Assembly (NCBI GenBank): GCA_965552055.1
Contig: CBEVQO010000002.1
Span: forward strand, 160,001 to 224,000
Reading direction: 5' to 3'
Length of the DNA stretch: 64,000 bases
Source: an uncultured bacterium
GTDB lineage: Bacteria; Hydrothermota; UBA3073; NMUJ01; CBEVQO01
The notes below the pieces were generated by a model. The model had not been told where the DNA came from. It did not search any database and saw nothing but the letters and a program-made list of their open reading frames with translations. Numbering within the stretch: the stretch's first letter is position 1; each line of letters opens with the position of its first letter. This document shows, piece by piece, positions 38,940 to 48,357 of the stretch. The position numbers and the translations under genes are program-made.

Positions 38940-39802
38940 TAAGTGGTAAAGGTGGCACAGGCAAAACTTCTTTTCTTGCTTCATTAGCTGTTCTTTTTGA
39001 ATCAAAAGTTATAGTTGATGCAGATGTTGATGCACCAAATCTGCACATACTTTTATCACCTCAAATTATTGAAAAGAATGAATTTTATGGAGCAGGTAAA
39101 GCAAAGATTCTGGATGATACTTGCACTTATTGTGGCAAATGCAAAGAAATATGTCCTTTTGATGCTATTTATGAAAAGGAGGGCAAATTTTTTGTAGATG
39201 AGATAAGTTGCGAAAGCTGTGGATTGTGCTATCATTTTTGTCCTTCGAACGCTATAACTTTTGAGAAAACAATTTCAGGTGAATGGTTTATTTCCGATAC
39301 TTCTTATGGTAAACTCGTTCATGCACATTTATTCCCGGGTGAAGAGAATTCCGGTTTACTTGTTTCAATCTTGCGTCAAAAAGCAGTTGAAATCGCACAA
39401 ATTGAGAATAAAAAATTTGTATTGATAGACGGACCCCCAGGTATCGGTTGCCCTGTAATTTCCGCAATAACAGGAGTTAATCTCGCAATCATCCTTACAG
39501 AACCTACTTTATCCGCCATACACGATATGAAAAGAGTTATAAATGTTTTAAGGCACTTTAAAATTCCTGCCGGCATCGTAATAAACAAATTTGATTTAAA
39601 TTTAAAAAATACAGATAAAATTTTGGAATATTGTGAAAAAGAAGGACTAAAAGTTTTTGGCAAAATCCCTTATGATGATACTGTTTATGATGCTTTACAT
39701 GATTGTAAGCCATTTATTTTTTACGATTGTAAAGCGAAAAAATCGGTAGAAGAGATTTATTCTTCTTTACAGCGCTTCTGGCAATCAGGACAGATACCAT
39801 AA
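38921..39802 (+). CDS. MinD-superfamily P-loop ATPase with inserted 2x[4Fe-4S] domain
   Basis: SGKGGTGKT, DADVDAPN, two ferredoxin motifs, ENSGLLV, DGPPGIGCP. Confidence 0.92.
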   Translation: MYQIVVISGKGGTGKTSFLASLAVLFESKVIVDADVDAPNLHILLSPQIIEKNEFYGAGKAKILDDTCTYCGKCKEICPFDAIYEKEGKFFVDEISCESCGLCYHFCPSNAITFEKTISGEWFISDTSYGKLVHAHLFPGEENSGLLVSILRQKAVEIAQIENKKFVLIDGPPGIGCPVISAITGVNLAIILTEPTLSAIHDMKRVINVLRHFKIPAGIVINKFDLNLKNTDKILEYCEKEGLKVFGKIPYDDTVYDALHDCKPFIFYDCKAKKSVEEIYSSLQRFWQSGQIP

Positions 39803-40170
39803 AATTGAAAAGTATGGGTTTGTATCTCAAAGCCGTATTTTTCTTTTAGATTTTCTTCGATTTTTTTAACGAGCTCTGTTTCTTCTTTTATAAAATCGGA
39901 GTAATCAATAATTTTACCGCATACTTGGCAAATTAAATGATGGTGATGTTCACCTTTAGCATACTCATATCTTGCCTGACCATCGCCCATTACGAATTTC
40001 CTCAAAATGCCATTTTTTGTAAGTAATTCAAGTGTCCTGTAAACGGTGGAAAGCCCTATTTTTGGACATTTTTCCTTAACCTTCATAAAAATTTCAAGAG
40101 CTGTGGGATGACCTCCTAATCCCTTTAACACCTCAAGAATTAAGAGCCTTTTTTGAGTCAGCCTCATCAT
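39757..40170 (-). CDS. fur: Fur-family transcriptional repressor
   Basis: RLTQKR, HPTALEI, IGLSTVYRTL, HHHHLICQVCG, YGICPDC; start ATG 40170 or 40167. Confidence 0.93.
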   Translation of the reverse strand: MMRLTQKRLLILEVLKGLGGHPTALEIFMKVKEKCPKIGLSTVYRTLELLTKNGILRKFVMGDGQARYEYAKGEHHHHLICQVCGKIIDYSDFIKEETELVKKIEENLKEKYGFEIQTHTFQFYGICPDCQKRCKEE

Positions 40171-40173
40171 AAT

Positions 40174-40237
40174 ATTATAATCCATAAATGAAAATGTCAA
40201 GAAATGAAGCTTGACAAATTGAGGATTGTGTTATAAT
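40174..40237. promoter_or_regulatory. Divergent fur / ATPase promoters, both TTGACA-N15-TATAAT
   Basis: Minus TTGACA 40200-40195; plus TTGACA 40211-40216 with TATAAT 40232-40237 and ATG 40245. Confidence 0.75.
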
Positions 40238-40244
40238 TTAGGAA

Positions 40245-40550
40245 ATGAAGTTGATAGAAGAAATAAAAAAAGCAGAAGTCAAAGCAAAAGAGATAATAGA
40301 AAAGGCAAAAAAAGAAGCGAGTGAAAAAGTTGACAATGCGAAGAAAAAGGCAAGGGAAATAATCGATAAAGCAGAAGAAAAAAGAAAAAAGATGATAGAA
40401 GAAGCAATAAAAGAGGCAGAAAAAGAAGCCCGGGAAGAAGAAAAGAAGTTAATAGAAGAGAAAAACAGGAAAATAAGAGAAATCGAAGAAAGAGCAAAAG
40501 AAAAGGAAGAAGATGCTCTCAAACTCATAGTCGAAAAGATTTTTGAATAA
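40245..40550 (+). CDS. V/A-type ATPase peripheral stalk subunit H/G
   Basis: E/K-rich coiled coil (IKKAEVKAKEIIEKAKKEA) at the head of the ATPase operon. Confidence 0.8.
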   Translation: MKLIEEIKKAEVKAKEIIEKAKKEASEKVDNAKKKAREIIDKAEEKRKKMIEEAIKEAEKEAREEEKKLIEEKNRKIREIEERAKEKEEDALKLIVEKIFE

Positions 40551-42430
40551 TGGCAATCGGAAAACTGAAAAAGGTTTTGATTTGTGTCCATGAGAAAGAA
40601 GTTGATGATTTTTTAAAAGATTTACAAAAAGAAGGTATTTTACACATAACCGATATGAAAAAAAGCAAAGCAAAGGAAAAATTTGGTTTGAAAGAAAGAA
40701 CACCCGAATATTTATGGGAGATAGATTCAAAAATTGCACTCTTAAATCGTGTGATTAACATTTTAAAGCGATATGAAAAAGGCAAAGGTTTATTAAGTGA
40801 ACTCATAGGAGAAAAACCCGTAGTTGATGAAAGAATTTTTACAGAGGTAATATCACAAAGAAAATATTTTGAGATTGCAGAAAGATGCGATACACTTGAT
40901 AAAAAGTTGAATCGCCTTGAGAGAGAAAAAAATATGATTAAAAGCCAGATGGAAAAAATTTTGCCATGGAAAGATATAGAAATAGAGCTTGAAGAATTTT
41001 CAAAAGAAAGGAAAATAATGCTTTTCCCCGTCTATATTGAACGACCGCCCAAAGATTTTTATGAGAGGTTGAAAGATGCGCCCTTTGATTTTGAAGAAGT
41101 TAGAAAAGAAGAAAATAAAATCTATGGAATAATAGCTTTCCTAAGGGAAGAAGAACAAAGAGTTAGGGAATATCTATCGAAAATGGGAATGGAAATCCTT
41201 AGTTTTGAAGGATTAAAGGGGCGACCAAAAGATTTGCTTAAAAAATTTGAAGAAAACATTAAAAAATTTGAAGATGATATTAAAAAAATTGAAGAAGAAT
41301 TAAAAAAATTTTCATCGGAGATTGAAAAATTTTTAGTGCTTTATGATTATTATGTAAATGAGAGGGAGCGTTTGCAGTCAGAAGAAAATATGTTATCTTC
41401 TGAATATTTTGTGTGCATTCAGGGCTGGATAAGACCTGTTGATTTTAAAAAGTTGAGAAAAATTTGCGATAAATATACTTCTGCGAGTTATGAAGAAATA
41501 GAACCAGAGGAAGGAGAAGAGCCACCCGTTGCTTTTGAAAATCCAAAGATGATAAGACCTTTTGAATTGCTTACGAAATTATACAGCACGCCATCTGGAA
41601 AGGAACTTGACCCAACTCCATTTTTGTTTATTTTCTTCCCGATTTATTTTGCTTTGTGTCTGGGGGATGCAGGATATGGCATTGTTATGACAATTTTAGC
41701 CATTTACTTTTTGAAAAGGATAAAAGGTGGCAAAGAACTAATCTGGATTTTATTTGCAGGTGGCATAGTATCTATAATCATTGGTTTATTGCAGGGGTCA
41801 TTTTTTGGTGACCTTGCACAAGCTTTAAATTTGAAGCCAATTTTAAAAATGCAGATTATTGACCCATTGAAAAATGTAATGACATTGTTTGCCATTTCTT
41901 TATTTTTTGGTATTTTACAGGTAAATCTTGGTTTTGGGCTGGGTTTCGTGCAGACATTACGGAGAGAAGGGTTAGGTAGCGCTATAAAGGGTTACTGGGC
42001 TTGGTTATTGTTTTTGATTTTTGGAATACTTTTGATTTTGAGTTACAGATTTACATCCCTTGCCAGATATAAAACATTATTTATTGTGATAACGGGTGCT
42101 GCGATGATGATTTCGGGTGCTCTTGGTGATATTATTTCTTTTTCGAGATTGATGGCACTTGGTCTTGTTACATTTGGCATGGCTTTATCTATAAATATAC
42201 TTGTAAAGGTCTTTAAACAATTTCCGTATATTGGATTTATCCTTGCACCTTTAATATTCGTTTTTGGTCATTTTTTAAGCATCTTTGTAAATGTATTGGG
42301 TGCATTTGTGCATTCTTTGCGTCTTCAATATGCTGAATTTTTTACGAAATTTTTCACAGGAGGCGGTCAATTATTCAAACCTTTGAGTTATGAACAAAAG
42401 AATGTAATAATAGAGAAAAGTAGGGGGTAA
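40550..42430 (+). CDS. atpI: V/A-type ATPase subunit I
   Basis: ELDPTP, GDAGYG, DIISFSRLMALG, FVHSLRLQYAEFFTKF. Confidence 0.95.
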   Translation: MAIGKLKKVLICVHEKEVDDFLKDLQKEGILHITDMKKSKAKEKFGLKERTPEYLWEIDSKIALLNRVINILKRYEKGKGLLSELIGEKPVVDERIFTEVISQRKYFEIAERCDTLDKKLNRLEREKNMIKSQMEKILPWKDIEIELEEFSKERKIMLFPVYIERPPKDFYERLKDAPFDFEEVRKEENKIYGIIAFLREEEQRVREYLSKMGMEILSFEGLKGRPKDLLKKFEENIKKFEDDIKKIEEELKKFSSEIEKFLVLYDYYVNERERLQSEENMLSSEYFVCIQGWIRPVDFKKLRKICDKYTSASYEEIEPEEGEEPPVAFENPKMIRPFELLTKLYSTPSGKELDPTPFLFIFFPIYFALCLGDAGYGIVMTILAIYFLKRIKGGKELIWILFAGGIVSIIIGLLQGSFFGDLAQALNLKPILKMQIIDPLKNVMTLFAISLFFGILQVNLGFGLGFVQTLRREGLGSAIKGYWAWLLFLIFGILLILSYRFTSLARYKTLFIVITGAAMMISGALGDIISFSRLMALGLVTFGMALSINILVKVFKQFPYIGFILAPLIFVFGHFLSIFVNVLGAFVHSLRLQYAEFFTKFFTGGGQLFKPLSYEQKNVIIEKSRG

Positions 42431-42431
42431 T

Positions 42432-42908
42432 ATGGAGTGGGGTTTAATCTTTGCGATTGGTGGTGCTGCAATTGCCACCTTTCTTGCGGGGACAGGTTCA
42501 GCAATAGGGTTAGGTATTGCCGGTAGAAGTTGCTCTGGAGTGCTGACAGAAGACCCCGGCAAATTCGGAACATTGTTTTTGCTCGCAGTACTCCCGAGTA
42601 CTCAGGGCTTCTATGGATTTGTTGTCACGATACTCATTCTGGTTAAACTGGGGCTTCTTGGTGGCAAACCCATAACTCCCACATTCTCTCAGGGTCTGCA
42701 GATATTCTGTGCTGCTTTACCCGTAGCTGTCGTTGGATTAACTTCTGGTATTCATCAGGGCAAGGTTTGTGCTGCAGGTGCTCAGATGGCAGCGAAACAA
42801 CCTGGTGATGTTATGAAACCCGTGATATATGCGGTTATGGTGGAAACTTATGCAGTGCTGGCATTTGTGGTAAGTTTGCTTATAATACTGATAGGGATAA
42901 AACTATGA
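42432..42908 (+). CDS. atpK: V/A-type ATPase rotor subunit K (four-TM, NtpK-like)
   Basis: GSAIG, EDPGKFG, LPSTQGFYG, HQGKV, VETYA. Confidence 0.95.
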   Translation: MEWGLIFAIGGAAIATFLAGTGSAIGLGIAGRSCSGVLTEDPGKFGTLFLLAVLPSTQGFYGFVVTILILVKLGLLGGKPITPTFSQGLQIFCAALPVAVVGLTSGIHQGKVCAAGAQMAAKQPGDVMKPVIYAVMVETYAVLAFVVSLLIILIGIKL

Positions 42909-43468
42909 GCAAGGTAGTTAAAAAAATAATGGAAGATGCAGAAAAAGAGAGACAGAAAATACTGGAAATGGCGAAGATAGAAGAAGATAAAATCTTGAAA
43001 GATGCCGAGAAAACATCGGAAGAGATAATAAAAAGGGCAGAAAAAGAAGCACAAATTCGCAAAGAAGACGAAAAAAATAGAAAATTAAGTGCAGTGAGAA
43101 TTAAAATAAGAAAAGAAATCCTTGCAAAGAAAAGAGAAATAATAGACGAATTGCTAAAAAAAGCATTAGAAAAAGTAATCCGAGACGAAGGATATTCAGA
43201 CAGGATGAAAGAATTACTGAAAAATTCTGTGGTAACAGGCGAAGAAGAAGTTATCGTGTCAAAAAATGAGAAAGTTCTGGATGATAAATGGTTGAAGGAA
43301 TTCAATAAAAAGGAGAAAACGAAATTGAAGCTGGTGAAAGAAGGAGATTTTATAGGTGGCTTTATTCTAAAATGTGGCAAAATAGAAGTTGACTGCACTC
43401 TCGAAAGCTTATTGCAAAGTAAAAGAACAGAGATAGAAATAAATCTCAATAAGATATTATTTGAATGA
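42905..43468 (+). CDS. atpE: V/A-type ATPase subunit E
   Basis: Coiled-coil N-terminus, IGGFIL...EVDCTLE, operon position. Confidence 0.88.
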   Translation: MSKVVKKIMEDAEKERQKILEMAKIEEDKILKDAEKTSEEIIKRAEKEAQIRKEDEKNRKLSAVRIKIRKEILAKKREIIDELLKKALEKVIRDEGYSDRMKELLKNSVVTGEEEVIVSKNEKVLDDKWLKEFNKKEKTKLKLVKEGDFIGGFILKCGKIEVDCTLESLLQSKRTEIEINLNKILFE

Positions 43469-43839
43469 CAGTAAAAAATCTGGATAAATATTACGAAGAA
43501 GGTTTAAAATATCTTGAAAAGGGAAATATTATTCAGGCAAGTGAAAAGTTATATAAATGTGCGGAGAATGCGATAAAATTTTTGAGCGAAAAATTAGAGA
43601 TTCCTGAATATAAAAAGGCAAAAGAAAAAGGCAAATGGAGTACAGTTTTGTTGTTTGAAGCGGTTAGAAGAATTTGCGATGTTTTAAAAAATCCGGAAAT
43701 CAGGCATTTGTGGGCAGAGGCATGGTTCATCCACACAGAGGGCTTTCATGAGGAGCGTCTCAAAAAAGAAGAGATTGAAGCAAGACTGGAAGACATTAAA
43801 AAATTAATTGAAATCGCCAGAAATGCAAAGAGAGATTGA
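43465..43839 (+). CDS. PaREP1-family (HEPN-like) protein
   Basis: YLEKGNIIQASEKLYKCAE...GKWSTVLLFEAV...WAEAWFIHTEGFHE. Confidence 0.85.
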   Translation: MTVKNLDKYYEEGLKYLEKGNIIQASEKLYKCAENAIKFLSEKLEIPEYKKAKEKGKWSTVLLFEAVRRICDVLKNPEIRHLWAEAWFIHTEGFHEERLKKEEIEARLEDIKKLIEIARNAKRD

Positions 43840-44830
43840 TATAGAAATTGGTGAAAATCTGGAATTTGTCTATGGTGTATCTTACATCCGTGCACTTGAG
43901 GTGCGTTTACTCACACATGAACGCATAAACCGCATGATAGAAGCAAAAACAGCAAACGAACTATTAAAAATATTGCAGGACACCATTTACGCAGATGCAT
44001 TGCCTTCACATCCTTCACTATATGAGTCAATAATCAAAACAGAAAGGGAAAAACTTTTTAAAATAATGGAAAAGTTACTTCCGGAAGAAACAATCAGATT
44101 ATTACGCTTAAGATACGACCTTCATAATATAAAAACAATGCTAAAAGGAAAAATTACAGAGAAAAAAGTAGAGCACCTTATTCTGCCTTACGGAAATATC
44201 TCAAAAAAAGAACTCGAAAGAATTTTCAGAGAGGAAACTTATTATAACCTGCCTTTTGATTTCGAAAAAGGAATAGAAGAAGCAGTTGACCTTTATTATA
44301 CTCGCAAAGACCCAAGATTTCTCGATGTAGCACTCGATAAACATTATTACAGAATATTGCTGGAAAATACAGAAAATTCTTACCTTACTAATTTGATAAA
44401 AACAGAAATTGACCTTGTAAATTTGAAATCACTTTTAAGAGCAAAATACAGTAAAATGGACAAAAGTTTTTATGCAGAAGCACTAATCGACGGTGGATTT
44501 CTATCAAAAGAAGTATTGTTAAAAGCTTACGATGCAGATTATGAAGAAATACCCCAAAGATTTGCTTATTCCGATTATAAAGACATACTTTCTGAAGGAA
44601 TCGAATATCTTACAAAGGAAAATTCATTTTTATTGTTTGAGAAACTTTGTGATAATCAATTTTTAGATGTTGCCCGTATTGCGAAATATTTAACATTTGG
44701 AGAAGAACCAATAATAGGTTATTATTTTGGAAGGGAAAACGAATTTAAAATTTTAAGGATAATTTTTGTGGGTAAACTTAATAAAATACCTGAAAAGCTT
44801 ATAAAGGACAGGGTGCCCGATGTCTATTAA
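43823..44830 (+). CDS. atpC: V/A-type ATPase subunit C
   Basis: IRALEVRLL, YDLHNIK, LDKHYY, EIDLVNL, FGEEPIIGY...ENEFKILRII. Confidence 0.9.
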   Translation: MQREIDIEIGENLEFVYGVSYIRALEVRLLTHERINRMIEAKTANELLKILQDTIYADALPSHPSLYESIIKTEREKLFKIMEKLLPEETIRLLRLRYDLHNIKTMLKGKITEKKVEHLILPYGNISKKELERIFREETYYNLPFDFEKGIEEAVDLYYTRKDPRFLDVALDKHYYRILLENTENSYLTNLIKTEIDLVNLKSLLRAKYSKMDKSFYAEALIDGGFLSKEVLLKAYDADYEEIPQRFAYSDYKDILSEGIEYLTKENSFLLFEKLCDNQFLDVARIAKYLTFGEEPIIGYYFGRENEFKILRIIFVGKLNKIPEKLIKDRVPDVY

Positions 44831-45146
44831 AATAGCAGCAGTAGGTGATAAAGATGTTATAATGCCGTTTAAAGCAATAGGGGTGGAGATTTTTCCAGTC
44901 CCAAAGCGCGAAGATACAGAAGGATTCGCAGAAACAATTACCCATAAGCTGATAAAGGAAGATTACGGATTAATAATTGTTACAGAGGATTATGCCGAAA
45001 AATTAAAAAAAGTATTTGACGAAATAAAAGAAAAGCCCTTACCTGTAATTGTTGTGATACCCGGGAGTGAAGGAGCAAAAGGCTTCACCTATGCACGCCT
45101 GAGAGAAATAATAAGAAAAGCAGTGGGTGTTGATATTCTCAAATGA
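44820..45146 (+). CDS. atpF: V/A-type ATPase subunit F
   Basis: KIAAVGDKDVIMPFKAIG...IRKAVGVDI. Confidence 0.92.
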   Translation: MSIKIAAVGDKDVIMPFKAIGVEIFPVPKREDTEGFAETITHKLIKEDYGLIIVTEDYAEKLKKVFDEIKEKPLPVIVVIPGSEGAKGFTYARLREIIRKAVGVDILK

Positions 45147-45469
45147 TTCTAATTTTAATTATCTCCCTTCAAACTGATACGGTAAAAATTCATAAGAAAA
45201 TAATAGACCCATGGTTTTCGGAGGATAAATTTCATCATTTCTCTTACTCTTTTATGCTTACAATTTGTTCCTATCATTTTTTACATTGCACACAAAGTTG
45301 GGATAGAGATGATGCTTTGAAAACCTCTTCCCTTTTTACCATTTCACTTGGTATTTCAAAAGAAATTTTTGACAAATATTTTCGCAAAACATTTATAAGT
45401 TTTAAAGATTTGTTTTACGATTTCATGGGGGTATCTTTTGCTTTTCTTCTGTTAAGATTCACAGGGTAA
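45143..45469 (+). CDS. YfiM/DUF2279-like small membrane protein
   Basis: DPWFSEDKFHHF...SKEIFD...SFKDLFYD. Confidence 0.65.
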   Translation: MILILIISLQTDTVKIHKKIIDPWFSEDKFHHFSYSFMLTICSYHFLHCTQSWDRDDALKTSSLFTISLGISKEIFDKYFRKTFISFKDLFYDFMGVSFAFLLLRFTG

Positions 45470-45476
45470 TTTTGCT

Positions 45477-46163
45477 TTACAATTGACATGTAACTTTTCC
45501 GTGTTCTGTGGGTCCCGGGCATGTATCGAACGAAAAATGATGCCACTTATCGCTCTCGGCTTCTAAATTAAAACCGATATCAACCACCATTCCCTTTTGT
45601 AAACCAATATCTGCCAATGGATAAGCAAGGATTATCCAGTTTTTGCCACTCCCTCCGCCCACCACAATGGCATCTTTATGCACAGCATATCTATCTTCTT
45701 CGGGCTCTTCAATACCTGTAGGCTGAGCAAAGAAATAAGCCCCTGTCTCTTTCTTCTCAAGGTCTATCATGAAACAAAGCAAGGCTTCAGCACCTCCATC
45801 AGATTGACATCCTGTAGAGGGGTCACGGTCAATATCAACAGGACACCATCCAGTAATCTTTTTGACAACATTATTATCCTGAGATACAACTGTGCCTTTG
45901 GGGAAATTTTCCGCAACTTCAAATTTAATATACAAATATTTATCATCACAGCCAACCGATACCGTTATTATATCCACGGGTCCGAATTCATACACGCCAT
46001 CCGGAGGTGCACCTCCAGGAGGTGTATAAAAGTCATTAAGCGAATCTGTAAAAGTATTATTAAGACATTTCTCTGCTTCTTCAACACTAACCTTTTCACC
46101 GGATAAAAACAGTGAACATCTCAAGATAAGAATTGACGCCATTATTAAAAATCTTTTACCCAT
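45477..46163 (-). CDS. Hypothetical exported protein / lipoprotein (DOMON-like)
   Basis: Signal/lipobox-like ILRC; DIITVSVGCDDKYLYIKFEV and DIDRDPSTG; start 46163 (alt 46175). Confidence 0.6.
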   Translation of the reverse strand: MGKRFLIMASILILRCSLFLSGEKVSVEEAEKCLNNTFTDSLNDFYTPPGGAPPDGVYEFGPVDIITVSVGCDDKYLYIKFEVAENFPKGTVVSQDNNVVKKITGWCPVDIDRDPSTGCQSDGGAEALLCFMIDLEKKETGAYFFAQPTGIEEPEEDRYAVHKDAIVVGGGSGKNWIILAYPLADIGLQKGMVVDIGFNLEAESDKWHHFSFDTCPGPTEHGKVTCQL

Positions 46164-46164
46164 C

Positions 46165-47394
46165 TTATAACGCAATATCTTTACGATAATGCATTTTTTC
46201 GAATTTTATCTTTGAGATTTCTCTATATGCTTTTTCTCTTGCTTTTTCAAAATCTTTGTCAATTGCGACGACGCTCAAAACCCTTCCACCTGCTGTCAAA
46301 ACTTTATCGCCTTCTTTTTTCGTACCAGCATGAAATACAATTGCATCTTTCACATCGTTTAAACCTTCGATTTCAAACCCCTTCTCATATTTCCCCGGGT
46401 AACCTCCTGATGCTGCTACCACGCACACAGATTTTTCGTCTTTGAATTTTAAATTTATTTCTTTCAATCTTTCTTCAATTGTAGCAAGGATAGCTGGCAT
46501 GATGTCTGATTCAACGAGTGGCAGAATCGCCTGGGTCTCAGGGTCACCAAATCTACAGTTGAATTCAAGCACTTTTGGACCTTCTTCTGTTATCATCAAA
46601 CCCACATACAAAATGCCTTTATAAACTGCTCCCTCTTTTTTTAAGCCCCATATTACGGGTTCTGCTATCTTTTCAATTATTTCTTCGGGATTTTTTAGAT
46701 GGGGTGCAGGCGAGATAGAGCCCATACCCCCTGTATTTGGTCCTTCGTCTCCATCATAAAGCCGCTTATAATCCTGAGCTGTGGGTAACATTACAAAATC
46801 TTTACCATCGGTGAAACAGAAAAATGATGCTTCGTAACCTTCGAGATACTCTTCAATAACCACTTTCTCTCCTGATTTTCCAAGAACCTTATCAATCATT
46901 AATTCTTTAATTTTTTTCTTCGCTTCTTCTTTATCTTTTACAATAAAACTTCCTTTGCCCGCTGCCAATCCCGCTGCCTTTATCACAATGGGTGTTTTAA
47001 TCCCATCAATATATTTTATTGCATCATCATAATTTGTGAAAGTTTTAAATTCGGGTATCGGTATATTTAATTTTTTGCACAATTCTTTTGCGAATGCTTT
47101 ATCCGACTCTATCGTTGCAGCTTCTTTTACCGGTCCAAAACCTTTACCTTTTGGTATCTCATTTATTATGCCTTTTGCAAGAGGGTCTTCCGGTCCCACG
47201 ATTAAAAGATCAACTTCTTTTGCAAATTTTAAAATTTTTTCTATATCATCTGGTGGGATATCAAGGCATTCTGCTTCTTCGCACATTCCTGCATTTCCCT
47301 GCGTTACATAAATTTTGTCAACAAGCGGGCTTTGTTTTATCTTCCACAAGATTGCATGTTCCCTTCCACCTTTGCCAACAATAAGTACTTTCAT
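46165..47394 (-). CDS. purD: Phosphoribosylamine-glycine ligase
   Basis: GKGGREHA, VGPEDPL, GPNTGGMG, EFNCRFGDPE, TAGGRVL. Confidence 0.97.
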   Translation of the reverse strand: MKVLIVGKGGREHAILWKIKQSPLVDKIYVTQGNAGMCEEAECLDIPPDDIEKILKFAKEVDLLIVGPEDPLAKGIINEIPKGKGFGPVKEAATIESDKAFAKELCKKLNIPIPEFKTFTNYDDAIKYIDGIKTPIVIKAAGLAAGKGSFIVKDKEEAKKKIKELMIDKVLGKSGEKVVIEEYLEGYEASFFCFTDGKDFVMLPTAQDYKRLYDGDEGPNTGGMGSISPAPHLKNPEEIIEKIAEPVIWGLKKEGAVYKGILYVGLMITEEGPKVLEFNCRFGDPETQAILPLVESDIMPAILATIEERLKEINLKFKDEKSVCVVAASGGYPGKYEKGFEIEGLNDVKDAIVFHAGTKKEGDKVLTAGGRVLSVVAIDKDFEKAREKAYREISKIKFEKMHYRKDIAL

Positions 47395-48017
47395 TTTTCC
47401 TCCATCTCCTTTAAACATTCGCTAACATTTACGGGATTAGCAAGCCATTCAACATTTATGAAAAAGCCATTTATCTCTCTTGAAAAAACTTTGCCTTCTT
47501 TAAATTTTTTCTCTTTGTAATTTTCATCCCTGTGATAAAAGTAGATTTCAAGGTTATCGGGGTCGATGAACCACATCTCTTTAACTCCATATTGTTTGTA
47601 TTTTTCCTTTTTCTCAATCAAATCATAATTTTTAGTCCATGGCGATAAGATTTCGATTACAGCATCAGGACATCCTTCAAAATATTTGTCTTTTATTTTA
47701 TCAGTATTCTCATTTTTCACAAAAATAATATCGGGCTCAAAAACATCAAAATCCGATAACTTTACAGCAAACCTTGAACCAAGCACTTTTCCAAGTTTAT
47801 ACTTTTCGGTAAATAATCGCAATAAAGAATAAACAAAGCCAAAAAGTTCCTCATGCTTATAAGAGGCAGGCGATTTACAGATTAATTCGCCGTTCATGAG
47901 TTCAAAATTTGAATCTTCGTTTGTTATGATGAAAAATTCTTTTGCACTCATTCTTGGAATTTTGATAAGAAAAGGTTTTTTCACCTCTTTACCATCCACA
48001 AAAACTTTTATACTCAT
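47391..48017 (-). CDS. Uma2 family putative endonuclease (fourth, divergent copy)
   Basis: ELMNGELICKSP...H, EPDIIFV, PDAVIEILSP, GVKEMWFIDP. Confidence 0.88.
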   Translation of the reverse strand: MSIKVFVDGKEVKKPFLIKIPRMSAKEFFIITNEDSNFELMNGELICKSPASYKHEELFGFVYSLLRLFTEKYKLGKVLGSRFAVKLSDFDVFEPDIIFVKNENTDKIKDKYFEGCPDAVIEILSPWTKNYDLIEKKEKYKQYGVKEMWFIDPDNLEIYFYHRDENYKEKKFKEGKVFSREINGFFINVEWLANPVNVSECLKEMEEK

Positions 48018-48022
48018 CCTTA

Positions 48023-48093
48023 ATTATAATTCAACATTAAAAAAGTCAACATTATTTTTAAAAAACTTGACAAACTTCTATCTTAATTATAAT
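48023..48093. promoter_or_regulatory. Divergent promoters TTGACT-N15-TATAAT (minus) and TTGACA-N15-TATAAT (plus)
   Basis: Minus -35 at 48049-48044 with ATG 48017; plus -35 at 48067-48072, -10 at 48088-48093, ATG 48100. Confidence 0.75.
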
Positions 48094-48234
48094 ATCCCGA
48101 TGAAAGGAATGATTTTCATTGAAGTTTGCGTAATTTGGAAGATGGGGGCACATTCTAAAATCATAAGTAGATTTTATCCTATCCTATCCTTGGTACTTTA
48201 GTGAAAGCGTACCCTGGAGGCGTAAATTTATTTA

Positions 48235-48312
48235 GTGAGCCCCGACCCCTTTAGGGGATAGGGGACGGGCGCCATCCCGACCCGAATGGGGCAATGGTGC
48301 GGGTGCAAGAGG
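48235..48312 (+). other. GC-rich structured leader element (two hairpins)
   Basis: CCCCGACCCC-TTTA-GGGGATAGGGG and GCGCCAT...ATGGTGC stems in an AT-rich background. Confidence 0.45.
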
Positions 48313-48357
48313 CATCTGCGATGATCTTTGAAAAAAATTTATAAAAAGGAGGCTAAA

